DNA from: a virus
Taxonomy: Duplodnaviria; Caudoviricetes
Direction: 5' to 3' (one strand)
Virus record (IMG/VR): IMGVR_UViG_3300031518_000001
Span: 1-60,585 of that record
Length of the DNA: 60,585 nucleotides
The notes under the pieces are model-generated. The model was not told the DNA's origin, did no database searches, and was given only the letters and a program-made list of their open reading frames with translations. This document shows positions 59,443 through 60,585 of the stretch, piece by piece. The translations under genes were made by a program, and so were the position numbers. Positions within the stretch are counted from its first letter, which is position 1; the number at the start of each line of letters is the position of its first letter.

Positions 59443-60174
59443 ATGACAAATTATCTGAATACCCTTATTACAGGCGACTGTTTTGAAGTCTTACGAGAAC
59501 TACCCGACGAAAGCGTAGATGTAGTAATAACCTCTCCACCCTATAATAAGCACTACGCTGGTGGTAAATTGGTTAGTTGTATAGATTACGAAGTTTACGA
59601 GGACAACATGCCAGAAGAAGAATACGAAAAATGGCAGCTTCAGGTTTTGAATGAATTATATCGTGTAGTTAAGAATGATGGGCAAGTGTTTTATAATCAC
59701 AAAGTAAGATACTATAAAAAACAGATGTATCATCCGGTATCGTTTTTAACTAAATCTCCTTTTATTATTTGGCAAGAGATTGTTTGGGATAGAATGATAG
59801 CTGGCAACATTCGTGGATGGCGGCTGTACGAGACTGACGAACGAATATACTGGCTTGTCAAACAGCATCCACCAGAGCTGCCACTTTATATAGCTAGCTG
59901 GAAGGGGGTCTGGGCGATAAGACCCGATGAAAACAAAACCGAACATCCAGCTCCATTTACATTAGAAATCGTCAAAAGACTCCTCACCATATCGGAAGCG
60001 CTAATACCCAGAAGACCTCTAACCATACTAGACCCATTCGCTGGGATATGTACTGTTGGAATTGTGGCGAAAGAAAATAACCATAACTATATATGTATAG
60101 ACATAAATCCAAAATATACAGAAATAGGCAAAAGGAATATAGAGCGCACCATCACACAACTAAAGTTGTTTTAG
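59443..60174 (+). CDS. Orphan beta-class DNA amino-methyltransferase (N4-C/N6-A)
   Basis: TGDC, ITSPPY, HPAPF, LDPFAG. Confidence 0.92.
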   Translation: MTNYLNTLITGDCFEVLRELPDESVDVVITSPPYNKHYAGGKLVSCIDYEVYEDNMPEEEYEKWQLQVLNELYRVVKNDGQVFYNHKVRYYKKQMYHPVSFLTKSPFIIWQEIVWDRMIAGNIRGWRLYETDERIYWLVKQHPPELPLYIASWKGVWAIRPDENKTEHPAPFTLEIVKRLLTISEALIPRRPLTILDPFAGICTVGIVAKENNHNYICIDINPKYTEIGKRNIERTITQLKLF

Positions 60175-60176
60175 TT

Positions 60177-60524
60177 ATGATGGATTATCATATTGATGAA
60201 ATCATAGACAAAATATATAATCAAGTTGAGATTAATAATCCACAACGTATTAGACGTTACCTGTCTCGTTTCACAGACTTGATAGATTTACTACCAATAG
60301 CGGTAAACATAGCTAAAAAACATTTTCCACAATCAAGTATCGTCATGGATGTGTATGTAGACCCTGAAATAGATGATAGCTATATCGTTTTATACATTAG
60401 ACTTAGTAAGTATGATAACTCATTTATTGAACGGTTAGCAGCAGCAGAAAGTGAAATCCTTCCTCTACTTGTTAATAAAAGCGGCTGGATACAATTGACT
60501 ACTGACTTTTTATATATAAAATAA
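60177..60524 (+). CDS. Hypothetical protein
   Basis: ATG just after the MTase stop; VYVDPEIDD..GWIQLTTDF. Confidence 0.65.
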   Translation: MMDYHIDEIIDKIYNQVEINNPQRIRRYLSRFTDLIDLLPIAVNIAKKHFPQSSIVMDVYVDPEIDDSYIVLYIRLSKYDNSFIERLAAAESEILPLLVNKSGWIQLTTDFLYIK

Positions 60525-60585
60525 AAACTTTTGTGTAAATAGACAATCATCTATCTAATTTTCCATGCATCTCACACTTATATTA

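Noticed and set aside
1-60585. CRISPR array, diversity-generating retroelement, integrase or transposase
   Set aside because: No regularly spaced repeats, reverse transcriptase, recombinase, TnpA or TnpB ORF recognised; paralog differences are not adenine-specific.

Overview
AT-rich fragment of a large, probably contractile-tailed (myovirus-like, possibly jumbo) dsDNA phage. The host is most likely in the Bacteroidota/FCB group (inferred from the primase and M16 peptidase motifs, the u-spanin and TAnnTT-type promoters). Virion, lysis and replication genes are scattered on both strands: TerL, prohead protease, tail tube, sheath-like, baseplate/spike, GH108 lysin, holin, u-spanin, DnaB-like helicase, DnaG, DnaN, ThyX, SNF2 helicase, tRNA-Arg(TCT) and a 4220-aa orphan. 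The main unexplained structure is a module present three times: [fixed promoter + GC-rich 198-aa gene + terminator] - [variable slot] - [late-promoter gene of a ~670-aa paralog family]. The slot holds two DNA methyltransferases in one copy, a complete Type ISP restriction-modification enzyme in the second, and nothing in the third. Five gene-less relics resembling IS200/IS605 TnpB omegaRNA/right ends lie mostly at these modules. Two upstream motif classes are visible: GTATATTT 3-9 nt before the start codon, and [CCTTGCG-N2]-TTYGWY-N12-ATG. All calls come from reading motifs by eye; no database searches were run.
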